DNA from: Candidatus Parcubacteria bacterium | GTDB lineage: Bacteria > Patescibacteriota > Patescibacteriia > UBA1558 > GWA2-36-10 | DNA length: 64,000 nucleotides | Assembly: GCA_018669975.1 (NCBI GenBank) | Contig: JABHSK010000001.1 | Location: 152,394 to 216,393, forward strand | Reading direction: 5' to 3' | Shown: positions 18,895 through 28,645 of the stretch, piece after piece | Position numbering within the stretch: the first letter of the stretch is position 1 | Layout of the letters: every line of letters begins with the position of its first letter | Made by a program: the position numbers and the translations under genes | The notes under the pieces: generated by a model | What the model was told of the DNA's origin: nothing | What the model saw: only the letters and a program-made list of their open reading frames with translations | Databases searched by the model: none

Positions 18895-19755
18895 ATGAGC
18901 CTATTAGAGATTTTCCAGGTAGCAGCCGGCACAGTAGCTGGTCGCGACCACACTCAAGTAGGTAAAAACAATCAGGACGCCTTTTGCTTTGCTGCCCATG
19001 ACGATGTCATGGCTGGTGTAGTCTGTGATGGCTGCAGCACTGGCAAGCATTCGGAGGTTGGTTCTAAACTAATCGCACGCCTGATTGTCCGCCAAATCAT
19101 CACCAACAAGGACAAGTTCCAAGGTGGCGATGACTCTATTTCCCGTTTGATGCAGAGAATTAAAAACTCTGCCCTAATGTACGTCCAGCTTTTAGCTGAT
19201 GGCATGGGCATGAGTTTTTCTCAGGCAATCAATGATTATTTTCTGTTTACCCTGGTGGGTACGATTATTTTTCCGGACAAGAGTATTATTTTTTCCTTGG
19301 GTGACGGTGTCTTTGCCCACAACGGTGAAGTGACCACAGTTGGTCCTTTTCCGGGCAATGCTCCGCCCTACCTGGCTTATAACTTGGTAACAACTGATCT
19401 AGCCACCGAAAATCCTGATCTCCTGGACTTCAATGTCCATGTGATTCATGAAACTTCCCTGACAAGCTCAATCTTGATTGGCTCTGATGGGATCTGTGAC
19501 CTGATCGACATCGCCGAGCTCAATATGCCAGGCAAACCCAAGCTAGTTGGTCCCATGTCACAATTTTGGACAGACGACCGCTACTTCAACAATCCGGATA
19601 TGGTCCGACGAAAGTTGGTCCTAATCAATCGTGAAGCAACCAGACTGGATCGGGAAGGCCCAAGCTTGCAAAAGTATCCAGGCCTACTCCCCGACGATAC
19701 CACTCTGATTGCCATCCGCCGCAAACCCATTACCGAGGAAGGTGGTGAGGACTAA
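18895..19755 (+). CDS. PP2C-like protein phosphatase (YegK-like)
   Basis: GRDH..NNQDA, VCDGCS, LGDG, GSDG, DDTT motifs. Confidence 0.88.
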   Translation: MSLLEIFQVAAGTVAGRDHTQVGKNNQDAFCFAAHDDVMAGVVCDGCSTGKHSEVGSKLIARLIVRQIITNKDKFQGGDDSISRLMQRIKNSALMYVQLLADGMGMSFSQAINDYFLFTLVGTIIFPDKSIIFSLGDGVFAHNGEVTTVGPFPGNAPPYLAYNLVTTDLATENPDLLDFNVHVIHETSLTSSILIGSDGICDLIDIAELNMPGKPKLVGPMSQFWTDDRYFNNPDMVRRKLVLINREATRLDREGPSLQKYPGLLPDDTTLIAIRRKPITEEGGED

Positions 19756-21632
19756 TGAACGTTTACGTTCAAGGACAACTTGTCCGTCTTGATCCTCGCA
19801 ACTCTATCGGTAAAGGTGGCGAGGCCGATGTTTTCAAGATGGGCAGCTCACAAGCTGTTAAAATATTCAAAACACCAAGTCATCCAGACTTTGTTGGACA
19901 AGATCACGAAAAAGCAGCAGCTGAAGCGAGGCTCAAAGAGCATCAGCTGAAGCTGCGCGAATTTCCGAAGGGCCTGCCGCCACGAGTCATTACTCCGGTG
20001 GACTTGGCTACCGACAAATCGGGTCGCCTGATCAAGGGCTACGTCATGCCACTGATTGGTGACTCGGAAGTTCTGCTGCGCTATGGCGAACGCAAGTTCC
20101 GCCAAGGTGTTGTCGGAAACGACATGGTGGTCAATATTTTCACAGATATGCATGACACCATATCCGGCATTCATTCCGTCAAGGTAGTCATTGGAGATTT
20201 CAACGATCTCAACATCCTGGTAACAGATCAGGGTGAAGCCTATTTCATCGATGCAGACAGCTTCCAGTTTAGCAGTTACCTGTGTCGGATGTTTACTGGC
20301 AAATTCGTTGATCCTCTACTCTGTGATCCCAAGCACAAAAGTCCGATGCTCAATAAACCCCATAATGCCGAATCAGACTGGTATTCCTTTGCCGTTATGC
20401 TCATGCAGTCACTGTTGTTCGTCGGTCCCTACGGCGGTATCTACCGTCCCAGGGACAAAGGCAAACGAATGACGCATGATGCTAGGCCGCTGCATAGAGT
20501 GACGATATTTGACCCCGAGGTCAAATATCCCAAGCCGGCTACACCCTACGGTATATTGCCGGATGATCTCTTGCAACAGTTCTATCAGATTTTTGTCAAA
20601 GATCAGCGTGGTCAATTTCCATTAACTTTACTCGAGGGTCTTCGCTGGACTACCTGCAACGCCTGTGGCGCCGAACATGCCCGAGCAATCTGCCCGGAAT
20701 GTTCACAAGCAGCTCCAGCAGCCATCAAGGAAAAAGTCACGATCAGGGGCACAGTCAAATCCACTCGGATCTTCAAGACCGGTGGCACAATTGTCTATGC
20801 TACTGTTCAAAACGGAAAATTGCGCTGGCTCTACCATGAGTCCAATATACTCAAACGCGAAGACGAGTCCCAGGTAGTGAGCGGCAAACTCAATCCTCGG
20901 ATGCGTTTCCGTATCCAGGGAAACAACACACTGATCGGCCAAACCGGCCAATTGGCAGTGGTTTCTCCTGGAAACAAACCTTCACCCATGACTGTCGACA
21001 ACTACACGGGCGTATTACCCATGTTTGATGCCAACGGTGATCACCGCTACTGGTTGCAAAACGGCCAGCTAATGCGTGACGATCGTCTCGGCACCAGCAA
21101 GGTTATCGGCGATGTCTTGGAAAACCAGACTATGTTCTGGACTGGTGACAAGTTTGGCTTTGGATTCTATCGAGCTGGAGAACTATGTAGAGCCTTCATC
21201 TTCGATGCTCAGAAGTCTATTCTCAATGATTCAGTCAAGCTGCCTCCTATCAGAGGTCAGATAGTTGACGCCACCTGTTGCATTAGCAATAACCGAGTCT
21301 GGTTCCTGGTTTCGACCAGGCAAGGCGGCAAGACTATCAATCAGTGCTTGTTGTTCAAGCCTGATGGTACTCTGGTAGCCACAGCTGAAGCTGAAGAAGG
21401 AGACGACTCCTGGCTGTCGACCATCCGTGGCAAGTGTGCTGCTGGCGACTTTATGCTAGCAGCTACTGAAGACGGCCTGGTCCGTATCGAAGCCAATGGC
21501 AGCGGTCTCAGTTTGACCAAGGAATTCCCTGACGCAGAACCATTCGTCCACCCCGGCTGCAGGCTTTTTGCCAGTCGAGAAGGACTTTGTGTCATCGATC
21601 ATCAAGAAATTCGGGTACTGAAAATTTCCTAA
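19755..21632 (+). CDS. Atypical Ser/Thr kinase (YegI-like) with Zn ribbon and C-terminal beta-rich domain
   Basis: IGKGGEADV, AVKIF, VIGDFNDLNILV, IDADSF motifs; CxxC...CPEC. Confidence 0.85.
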   Translation: MNVYVQGQLVRLDPRNSIGKGGEADVFKMGSSQAVKIFKTPSHPDFVGQDHEKAAAEARLKEHQLKLREFPKGLPPRVITPVDLATDKSGRLIKGYVMPLIGDSEVLLRYGERKFRQGVVGNDMVVNIFTDMHDTISGIHSVKVVIGDFNDLNILVTDQGEAYFIDADSFQFSSYLCRMFTGKFVDPLLCDPKHKSPMLNKPHNAESDWYSFAVMLMQSLLFVGPYGGIYRPRDKGKRMTHDARPLHRVTIFDPEVKYPKPATPYGILPDDLLQQFYQIFVKDQRGQFPLTLLEGLRWTTCNACGAEHARAICPECSQAAPAAIKEKVTIRGTVKSTRIFKTGGTIVYATVQNGKLRWLYHESNILKREDESQVVSGKLNPRMRFRIQGNNTLIGQTGQLAVVSPGNKPSPMTVDNYTGVLPMFDANGDHRYWLQNGQLMRDDRLGTSKVIGDVLENQTMFWTGDKFGFGFYRAGELCRAFIFDAQKSILNDSVKLPPIRGQIVDATCCISNNRVWFLVSTRQGGKTINQCLLFKPDGTLVATAEAEEGDDSWLSTIRGKCAAGDFMLAATEDGLVRIEANGSGLSLTKEFPDAEPFVHPGCRLFASREGLCVIDHQEIRVLKIS

Positions 21633-21715
21633 ATCTAGGAAAGGAGCCTCCAAAAAAATATTACGCAAGTCAATTCTTTCACAGAACGATTAACCAAACC
21701 TGAGGAGAACATACC

Positions 21716-22762
21716 ATGTCTCAGCTCAACACTCTGCCCGTGCCCGCTCACTTCAATCCGGCTCGCGCCAACGAAGTGTACCGTGTTGGCTACCAGGGTC
21801 TGGCCACCGAAGCCGCAGCCTGGCGCAAACAGCATGACATCCGTCCCGCTGCCAGCGATCGCAAGGTCATCACTCTGATGCCCATCGACTGCCAAAACAC
21901 CTTCTGTCTGCCCGAGTTCGAACTGTTCGTGGGCGGCCAGTCTGGCACCGGTGCCATCGACGACAACGTCCGCTTGACGGAGTTCATCTACCGCAACCTG
22001 GGCGTACTGACCAAGATCACGCCAACGATGGACACCCATCTGCTGATGCAGATCTTCCATTCCATCTTCTGGGTCAACGAGGCCGGCGAAAATCCGGAAC
22101 CCAATGCCACCGTCATCACTCTTGACGACGTCAAGGCGGGAACCTGGAAAGTCAATCCGGCCATCGCGCACAGTATCGCCAGAGGCAACTACACGGCACT
22201 GCAGGCTCACGCCATGCACTATGTCGAGAAGCTGACCGATGACGGCAAGTATCCCCTGATGATCTGGGGTTACCACGCCATGCTCGGTGGCATCGGCCAC
22301 GCTCTGACCTCAATCATCGAAGAAGCCTGTTTCTTCCACGCTGTGGTTCGCCACAGCCAAACTGGCTTCGAAACCAAGGGCGGCGATCCACTGACGGAAA
22401 ACTATTCGGTTCTCCGTCCCGAAGTGCTGACCACCACCGGCGACAAAGTGCGTACTCAGAAGAACGCCATGTTTATCCGTACGCTCCTCGAGTCCGACGC
22501 GGTCATTATCGCCGGTCAGGCCAAGAGCCACTGTGTGGCTTGGACTATCGCCGATCTTCTGGACGAGATCAACGCCCAGGATCCGACGCTGGCCAAGAAG
22601 GTTTATCTGCTCGAAGACTGCACCTCACCGGTGGTTATCCCTGGCGTGATTGATTTCACTGACCAGGCCAACGAGGCATTCCAGCGTTTCGCTGACGCCG
22701 GCATGCACGTGGTACAGTCCACCGATCCGATCGACACCTGGCCCGGCCTCAACCTGGGCTAG
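21716..22762 (+). CDS. pncA: Nicotinamidase/isochorismatase-family cysteine hydrolase
   Basis: IDCQNTF, DTH, and AGQAKSHCV catalytic Cys; NAD operon context. Confidence 0.8.
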   Translation: MSQLNTLPVPAHFNPARANEVYRVGYQGLATEAAAWRKQHDIRPAASDRKVITLMPIDCQNTFCLPEFELFVGGQSGTGAIDDNVRLTEFIYRNLGVLTKITPTMDTHLLMQIFHSIFWVNEAGENPEPNATVITLDDVKAGTWKVNPAIAHSIARGNYTALQAHAMHYVEKLTDDGKYPLMIWGYHAMLGGIGHALTSIIEEACFFHAVVRHSQTGFETKGGDPLTENYSVLRPEVLTTTGDKVRTQKNAMFIRTLLESDAVIIAGQAKSHCVAWTIADLLDEINAQDPTLAKKVYLLEDCTSPVVIPGVIDFTDQANEAFQRFADAGMHVVQSTDPIDTWPGLNLG

Positions 22763-22830
22763 TTCCTACTAACTCAAGTTCAATAAGTATTTAGTCAAAC
22801 AACCTTAAACCTCTAAAAGGAGGCTCAATA

Positions 22831-23610
22831 ATGAGTGATGTCAACAGTCTGTTCCAGTCAGCTGCCGATGAAGGCGAATTGTCGCCCGAGGCTCTCGGTG
22901 TATTGCAGGTGGCGGATGTCGGTGCTCAAATCCAGAATGCTCTGGGTGTGGACCCCGACGAGTTCGAGGCTTCCGAGGTCATCCTGATGACCCAGATGCC
23001 CGACGACTCCGGTTCCATTCGCTTTGCTGGCAATAGCCAAGTGATGCGTGACGGCCACAACCTGGTCCTGGAATCGCTCGGCGGCACCAAGCAAGCCGAC
23101 GCTGTCCTGGCCATGTGTCGCTACCTGAACGGTCACGTACTGTATCCTTACAGTCCGCTGGCCCAGGCAGTACGCATGGACAGCAACAACTACGACCCGA
23201 ACCACGGTACCCCGCTCTATGACGAAACGGTAGTCTTGCTCGGTGCGGTCCTGGCCAAGGCCCAGGAGTTCGCCGACAATGGCATCGTCGCTCGGACGGT
23301 GACGCTGATCATCTCCGATGGCGCCGATGTTCACTCCCGTCGCAACACCCCAACCGATGTCGCCAAACTGGTCAAGGACATGCTCAAGCAGGAAAACCAC
23401 ATCGTGGCTGCCATGGGCATCGATGACGGCGACACCGACTTTCGGCAGGTCTTCAGCGAGATGGGTATTCTGGACGAGTGGATTCTGACTCCTGGCAACA
23501 GCGAGAGTGAAATCCGCGCGGCTTTCCAGACCGTTTCGCAGTCGGCCGTTCGTGCCTCCCAGGGAGGCGCCAGCTTCTCGCAGACTGCCATGGGCGGCTT
23601 CGGGAGCTGA
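22831..23610 (+). CDS. vWA domain protein (TerY-like)
   Basis: MIDAS motifs DDSGS, GTPLYD, ISDG. Confidence 0.8.
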   Translation: MSDVNSLFQSAADEGELSPEALGVLQVADVGAQIQNALGVDPDEFEASEVILMTQMPDDSGSIRFAGNSQVMRDGHNLVLESLGGTKQADAVLAMCRYLNGHVLYPYSPLAQAVRMDSNNYDPNHGTPLYDETVVLLGAVLAKAQEFADNGIVARTVTLIISDGADVHSRRNTPTDVAKLVKDMLKQENHIVAAMGIDDGDTDFRQVFSEMGILDEWILTPGNSESEIRAAFQTVSQSAVRASQGGASFSQTAMGGFGS

Positions 23611-23643
23611 GCTAGCTCTGGGATAATTCAAAACCAAATATTA

Positions 23644-23682
23644 GGAGGTGCACCCCACGTGGTGCACCTCCGCCCCTTTTTT
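23644..23682 (+). terminator. Internal intrinsic terminator-like hairpin
   Basis: GGAGGTGCACC-CCACGT-GGTGCACCTCC followed by a T-run. Confidence 0.7.
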
Positions 23683-23819
23683 CTTTAGAAATAAGAAAAT
23701 TGTAGCTAAAATAATTTGGCTATAACCTTTTTGTTCCTAACCTTAAAAGTTTCGAGCATAGTTTTGAACCTTCACAAATGAAACGTTTAGATAAAAATCT
23801 CAAACCAAGGAGAAAAATC

Positions 23820-24389
23820 ATGGCAAATAACATGCCGCAAAGACTCGTCTACGATGGCTTCCTAAAAGTCAAAGTAGTCGAAACACCCGAGGGACCTCGT
23901 GAAGTGGTCCAGGTAACCAATTCTGTCAGCATTCTGCTCTTCAACCCAGACGAAAAATACGTACTCTTAATCCGACAAGCTCGAGTTCCTATGATTTCTG
24001 ATAGCAATCCTGGCGGCTTCATAGTAGAAACCGTAGCTGGTCGCTTTGATATCAATGTAGGTGTCACAGCATTGGCAATTAAGGAAGCCCAGGAAGAGGT
24101 CGGCGCCACCATCGAAGAAAGCGATGTCGTATTACTTAATGGTGGTAAGCCGCTGGCTTTGTCGCCCGGTGTTTTAACCGAGCGCGCCTACCTGGCCATG
24201 GCCAAAGTTGATGTACCCTACGGCGAAGCCACAGACCGTGTCTTTGGTGTCGCCGATGAAGGTGAAAGCATCCAACGCGTCTTCATGAAATTCGATGAGA
24301 TCACCGATTATCTCAACAGCGGCCAGTGCGAAGACCTGCGTGTCTTTACTCTGCTGAGCATGCTGCTGATGTCGGAAAATTTCGAATAA
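23820..24389 (+). CDS. NUDIX hydrolase, ADP-ribose pyrophosphatase-like
   Basis: LIRQAR.P, ETVAGRFD...AIKEAQEEVG, SPG..TE, GVADEGESI motifs. Start at ATG 23820 behind AAGGAG. Confidence 0.82.
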   Translation: MANNMPQRLVYDGFLKVKVVETPEGPREVVQVTNSVSILLFNPDEKYVLLIRQARVPMISDSNPGGFIVETVAGRFDINVGVTALAIKEAQEEVGATIEESDVVLLNGGKPLALSPGVLTERAYLAMAKVDVPYGEATDRVFGVADEGESIQRVFMKFDEITDYLNSGQCEDLRVFTLLSMLLMSENFE

Positions 24390-24453
24390 AACCCTCCCAA
24401 ACACATTGACCCGAAGTAATTTGTAATAACGAACCAAAAGAAGGGAAAAAACC

Positions 24454-25332
24454 ATGGCCAAAGATCCTGGAACCATTAAAAGGTTACCTGACGGAACTGT
24501 AAAAGTCAGGGCCCAAAATATGAGTCCTGGCATCCTCAAGTGGCCTGGAGTTCAGTGTGAAAACCCTGATGCTCCCGAAGCCGAGCGATATTACTTCAAG
24601 ATCTTTACTGACAAGACTGTTTATCTGCCCGACGAATACGAACAAGCTGTTCGAGAAGTGCTGCGATCCGGTAAGGATATCGTAGTTTTAGCCGGCAACG
24701 GCTACTCGGATATCAACCCTCAGCGTTGCGCTGACTGGGGCATTAAGCAGGGCGCTTACGAAGAAGCTTCGTTTGCCCTACTGGATAATGCGTACCAGAG
24801 ACTGCGTGAACAGCTAACTGGTATCGATATCCGGATTGCTCATGGAGCATCCCATATGGGTATCGATCTGGTCCTGATGCGTCTGGCTGAGAAATACAAC
24901 ATTCCTCAGTTGGGGCACAGCTGTGTCCGCTATATGTTCTACGTGCAGGACGATGATATCCCAGTATGGGTTGGCAATGATGTCGATCACTACGTCGAAG
25001 GATTCACCGATTCCCTGGACGTTCTGGTGTCAGCCAACGGAGCTCTGCAGTCCTATCGAATGGACGTCAAAGCTGTATTCGAAAAAGGCAAGCACTGGAT
25101 CCCACTCAATGTACTCCAGGCTATTTCTACCACTGGTGGTCCCCCGGCCATGGATGCCGACGGCAAGATCGTCGACGCCGTAGCCCTGTTCTACCAGAGG
25201 GTGCATATGATCACCGTACAGATGGGAGTAGTCGGTGAAGATCACTGGCTCAGCATGGTCGACAAGACCTCAACAACGCTGGTTTCCATCTGTCGCAATC
25301 TGATTAGCCCCCAAAGGGCTTTCATGACATAA
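24454..25332 (+). CDS. Uncharacterised protein, probable SLOG-superfamily fold
   Basis: VVLAGNGYS, IAHGASHMGID and DVLVSANG..QS resemble SLOG Rossmannoid motifs (inference). Confidence 0.55.
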   Translation: MAKDPGTIKRLPDGTVKVRAQNMSPGILKWPGVQCENPDAPEAERYYFKIFTDKTVYLPDEYEQAVREVLRSGKDIVVLAGNGYSDINPQRCADWGIKQGAYEEASFALLDNAYQRLREQLTGIDIRIAHGASHMGIDLVLMRLAEKYNIPQLGHSCVRYMFYVQDDDIPVWVGNDVDHYVEGFTDSLDVLVSANGALQSYRMDVKAVFEKGKHWIPLNVLQAISTTGGPPAMDADGKIVDAVALFYQRVHMITVQMGVVGEDHWLSMVDKTSTTLVSICRNLISPQRAFMT

Positions 25333-25344
25333 AAGGAGGAGTCG

Positions 25345-26601
25345 ATGAAAGACCGACCAATCATCACCTCTCTCATGGACATCGACTTCTACAAGTTGAC
25401 CATGGGACAATTGATTTTTCTCATGTATCCGGATGTGCAAACAACTTTCCGATTCATCAATCGAACCAAGGGTGTGCCTTTGTCGCACTACGTCGACATT
25501 GGTGAACTACGTGAACAGTTGCAGCATGTCCAGACCCTGCGTGTAAACAACACCGAGCTGCACTATCTAAGGGGAACCAACGAATACGGCGAGCGGATGT
25601 TCCGCGAGCCGTACCTAGAATTCCTGCGCGATATGCAGCTACCGGATTTCGAGCTGTCAACTGACAGTGATGGACAACTTCGTATATTCTTCCCTGGTCT
25701 CTGGTCTACCAATACCTATTGGGAGACTCTGGCCCTGTCGATTACCAGCGAGCTGTGGTGTCGTTCCCAGATGAAGCATCTCAGTCGCTTCGAGCGTGAG
25801 CTAATCTGGGCCGAAGGTCAAAAACGACTGGCTACCAAGCTAGCTATCCTAACCGATCCCCAAAACAGCAGTCTGACCATTTCGGACTTTGGTACTCGTC
25901 GTCGCTTCTCCAAGGAGTGGCAGTGGTATGTGGTCCGTACACTGGCTGAGGAACTTCTCCCTGGACAGTTCCTGGGAACCTCCAATGTCCAGTGCGCCAT
26001 GGATCATGGCCTACTACCGATGGGTACCTCGGCTCACGAATTGCCGATGGTTCTATCGGGTATCATGCACGGTAGTGATGATGAAATCCGCGCCTCCAGC
26101 CAGAAGGTTCTGGCGGACTGGTGGGAAATCTATGGCCACGGCCTGTCGATCTTCCTGCCGGATACCTATGGCACTGATTTCTTCTTTAATGATCTGACTC
26201 GTGAACAGGTCGAAAATTGGAAGGGCTTCCGCCACGATTCGGGTGATCCGATCGAGTTTGGCGAGAAAGTTCTCCGCCTCTATCAGCGTCACGGTGTCGA
26301 TCCTCTGGCTACCGGCAAGTTCATCGTTTTCAGCGATGGACTGGATATGAACACTATCATCCAGCTACACCAGCACTTCAGGGATCGCATCCGTATCAGC
26401 TTTGGTTGGGGTACTAACCTGACCAATGACATGGGTCTGCGCACCTTGTCTCTGGTAATCAAGGCTTACGAGGCCTGCGGTCACGGCTTAGTCAAGTTGT
26501 CTGACAACCTGGACAAAGCCACCGGTCTGCCGGATGACATCGAACGTTTCAAGGCTATTTTTGGCCACACCACTACCTATCGACAGGAGTGTTTGGTCTA
26601 A
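25345..26601 (+). CDS. pncB: Nicotinate phosphoribosyltransferase
   Basis: DFYKLTM, DFGTRRRFS, GTSNV, GTSAHE, RHDSGDP, FSDGLD, FGWGTNLTND, VKLSDN motifs. Confidence 0.93.
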   Translation: MKDRPIITSLMDIDFYKLTMGQLIFLMYPDVQTTFRFINRTKGVPLSHYVDIGELREQLQHVQTLRVNNTELHYLRGTNEYGERMFREPYLEFLRDMQLPDFELSTDSDGQLRIFFPGLWSTNTYWETLALSITSELWCRSQMKHLSRFERELIWAEGQKRLATKLAILTDPQNSSLTISDFGTRRRFSKEWQWYVVRTLAEELLPGQFLGTSNVQCAMDHGLLPMGTSAHELPMVLSGIMHGSDDEIRASSQKVLADWWEIYGHGLSIFLPDTYGTDFFFNDLTREQVENWKGFRHDSGDPIEFGEKVLRLYQRHGVDPLATGKFIVFSDGLDMNTIIQLHQHFRDRIRISFGWGTNLTNDMGLRTLSLVIKAYEACGHGLVKLSDNLDKATGLPDDIERFKAIFGHTTTYRQECLV

Positions 26602-26608
26602 TTATATT

Positions 26609-26638
26609 GGTGGTGACTCCGTGTCACCACCCTTTTCT
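26609..26638 (+). terminator. Internal terminator-like hairpin after pncB
   Basis: GGTGGTGAC-TCCGT-GTCACCACC-CTTTT. Confidence 0.65.
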
Positions 26639-26709
26639 CAAGTTACTTATGCATTAGGTGATTTAAGAGAAGTAAAAAGTTCATTCACAATTCACAGAAA
26701 GGAAAAACC

Positions 26710-27636
26710 ATGGCTACCATAGTGTATTCATGCCAAGGCATGCAAAATTTGTCCGACGACCTAGTAGGAACTGGCGTACAAGTTAGGCGAATTGACTGGA
26801 AAACGTTTAAGGATGGCTATCCGGACCTTATTATTCCTGATGTCCATGAAATCCGCGGCAATGACGTGGTTTTCCTGGCCAGCATGGAAAATCCCCAAAC
26901 CATCTTCGAACAACTATCAGTTATTTATGCCATACCTCGCTATGGCGCCCGTTCCTTGACCATTGTATTACCCTATTTCCCGACAGCCACCAAGGATCGT
27001 GTGGATGAGGAAGGTGAAATCTGCACCGCCAAAACTCTGGCGAGAATGTTTTCAGCTACTCCCTTGTCTATGCACGGACCGGCTCGTCTGGTGATGTTTG
27101 ACATTCATGCTCTGCAGGAAAGATTCTATTTCGAAGATACCATTATCCCGCAAATGGCTACGGCCATTCCTCTGCTCAAAAAGCAACTGGAAACGGATGC
27201 AAGTATCGCTATCGCCTTTCCTGATGAAGGTGCCTGGAAGCGCTTCCATCGTTTCTTTGAAGACTACCCGCAGATCATCTGCCACAAAGTCCGTCAAGGA
27301 GATGAACGCATCGTCACCATCAAAGAGGGTAATCCGCGTGGTTATCATGTAGTCATCGTCGATGATTTGGTCATGACCGGTGGCACTCTGGATGAGTGTC
27401 GCAAAGTTTGCATCGAAGCTGGCGCCAAGACTGTTAGTGCTTTTGTTACCCACCCGGTCTTTCCCCAAGAATCCTGGAAACGCTTTACTGGCAGTGGTCC
27501 TGATCAATTTAAGAATTTCTGGATCACAGATTCTTGCCCTGATACTATCAAGGCTATTAATCATGCACACCCCTTCAAACTTCTACCCCTGACACAGACA
27601 ATTCGTGATATAATAGATAGCGAAATAAGACACTAA
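26710..27636 (+). CDS. prs: Ribose-phosphate pyrophosphokinase, class II (plant PRS3/4-like)
   Basis: LPYFPTAT.DRV..EGEI.TA.TLAR, DIHALQERFYF, FPDEGAWKRF, VDDLVMTGGTL motifs. Confidence 0.88.
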   Translation: MATIVYSCQGMQNLSDDLVGTGVQVRRIDWKTFKDGYPDLIIPDVHEIRGNDVVFLASMENPQTIFEQLSVIYAIPRYGARSLTIVLPYFPTATKDRVDEEGEICTAKTLARMFSATPLSMHGPARLVMFDIHALQERFYFEDTIIPQMATAIPLLKKQLETDASIAIAFPDEGAWKRFHRFFEDYPQIICHKVRQGDERIVTIKEGNPRGYHVVIVDDLVMTGGTLDECRKVCIEAGAKTVSAFVTHPVFPQESWKRFTGSGPDQFKNFWITDSCPDTIKAINHAHPFKLLPLTQTIRDIIDSEIRH

Positions 27637-27669
27637 CCAAGACCGCAAGGTCCAAGGAGGAATAAAATC

Positions 27670-28620
27670 ATGAGCAACACCACAGGTATCCTTAGCCGAG
27701 ATCAGATCCGCACAGTGGTCGATCGCGGTGCGCAGTCACTCCTCGATTACTGCCGACTACACAACATTCACTATCTGGTCACTGGTCAGTCCGGCGGTCT
27801 AGATTCGGCTGTTACTCTGGGTTTTGCCCAGCGAGCCTGCCAGTTGGCCGAGGCCAATAATTTTCAGTTGACTTCGGTCGGACTGATTATGCCCTGCCAT
27901 TCCGATGAATCCGCCGAACGCCTAGGTATGAAGGCTATTGAAAAGTTTGGTGCCAAGCAGATGATTATCGATCTGACACCAACTTTTGATCACGCTTTCA
28001 ACAACTCCTCATTGATGAGTCACACCGACATCCAGGTGCGGCAAATTCTTAAGGAAACCGGCGGAGACAAGTCGTTAACTGAATGGACCTGGTCCCAGAA
28101 GATCGCCCAGGGAAACATCAAGGCTCGTCTACGCATGATGTACGGCACCTATCACGTGGCTCGCATGATGCAGGGCATGGTTCTGTCCACTGACAACCTG
28201 TCCGAATTCTGGATGGCCTTTTGGACTATCAACGGCGATGTCGGTGACTACGGCATCGTTCAGCAGATTATGAAGGGTCTGGAACTCTACCAGATTGCCG
28301 AATATTTGGGTGTACCCGACGAGATTCTGGAAGCCAAACCCGATGACGGTCTCAATGTAGGTAACGGCGACGCCGATCAACTCGGCGCCGACTATCCAAC
28401 CATCGACCGCATTATGGTCCATCTAATCCAGCAAGGATTCGATCCCGACGGTTCCATGGATCAACTGGACGGGCTCCCAGCCATCGATGGCGTTCACTAT
28501 CACATCGTTCGCAGCATTGCCGAACGCTGTCTGCGTGGTGCATTCAAGCGCCACGGCACCATCATCCTTTCTCGTGAAAATCTGGATCTACCTCCTATCA
28601 AGGAGATCGTTCTGCCCTAG
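27670..28620 (+). CDS. nadE: NH3-dependent NAD+ synthetase
   Basis: SGGLDS PP-loop, GNIKARLRM, STDNLSE, FWTINGDVGD motifs; no glutaminase domain. Confidence 0.9.
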   Translation: MSNTTGILSRDQIRTVVDRGAQSLLDYCRLHNIHYLVTGQSGGLDSAVTLGFAQRACQLAEANNFQLTSVGLIMPCHSDESAERLGMKAIEKFGAKQMIIDLTPTFDHAFNNSSLMSHTDIQVRQILKETGGDKSLTEWTWSQKIAQGNIKARLRMMYGTYHVARMMQGMVLSTDNLSEFWMAFWTINGDVGDYGIVQQIMKGLELYQIAEYLGVPDEILEAKPDDGLNVGNGDADQLGADYPTIDRIMVHLIQQGFDPDGSMDQLDGLPAIDGVHYHIVRSIAERCLRGAFKRHGTIILSRENLDLPPIKEIVLP

Positions 28621-28645
28621 TGGTAAAATATGATCCGAATATAAA

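Noticed and set aside
21635-23637. Long antisense ORFs (21635-22300 and 22858-23637; likewise 48485-49084 and 55149-55718)
   Set aside because: They are shadows of GC-rich, codon-biased sense genes that have clear motifs or SD sites. They have no ribosome-binding site or recognisable domain of their own.
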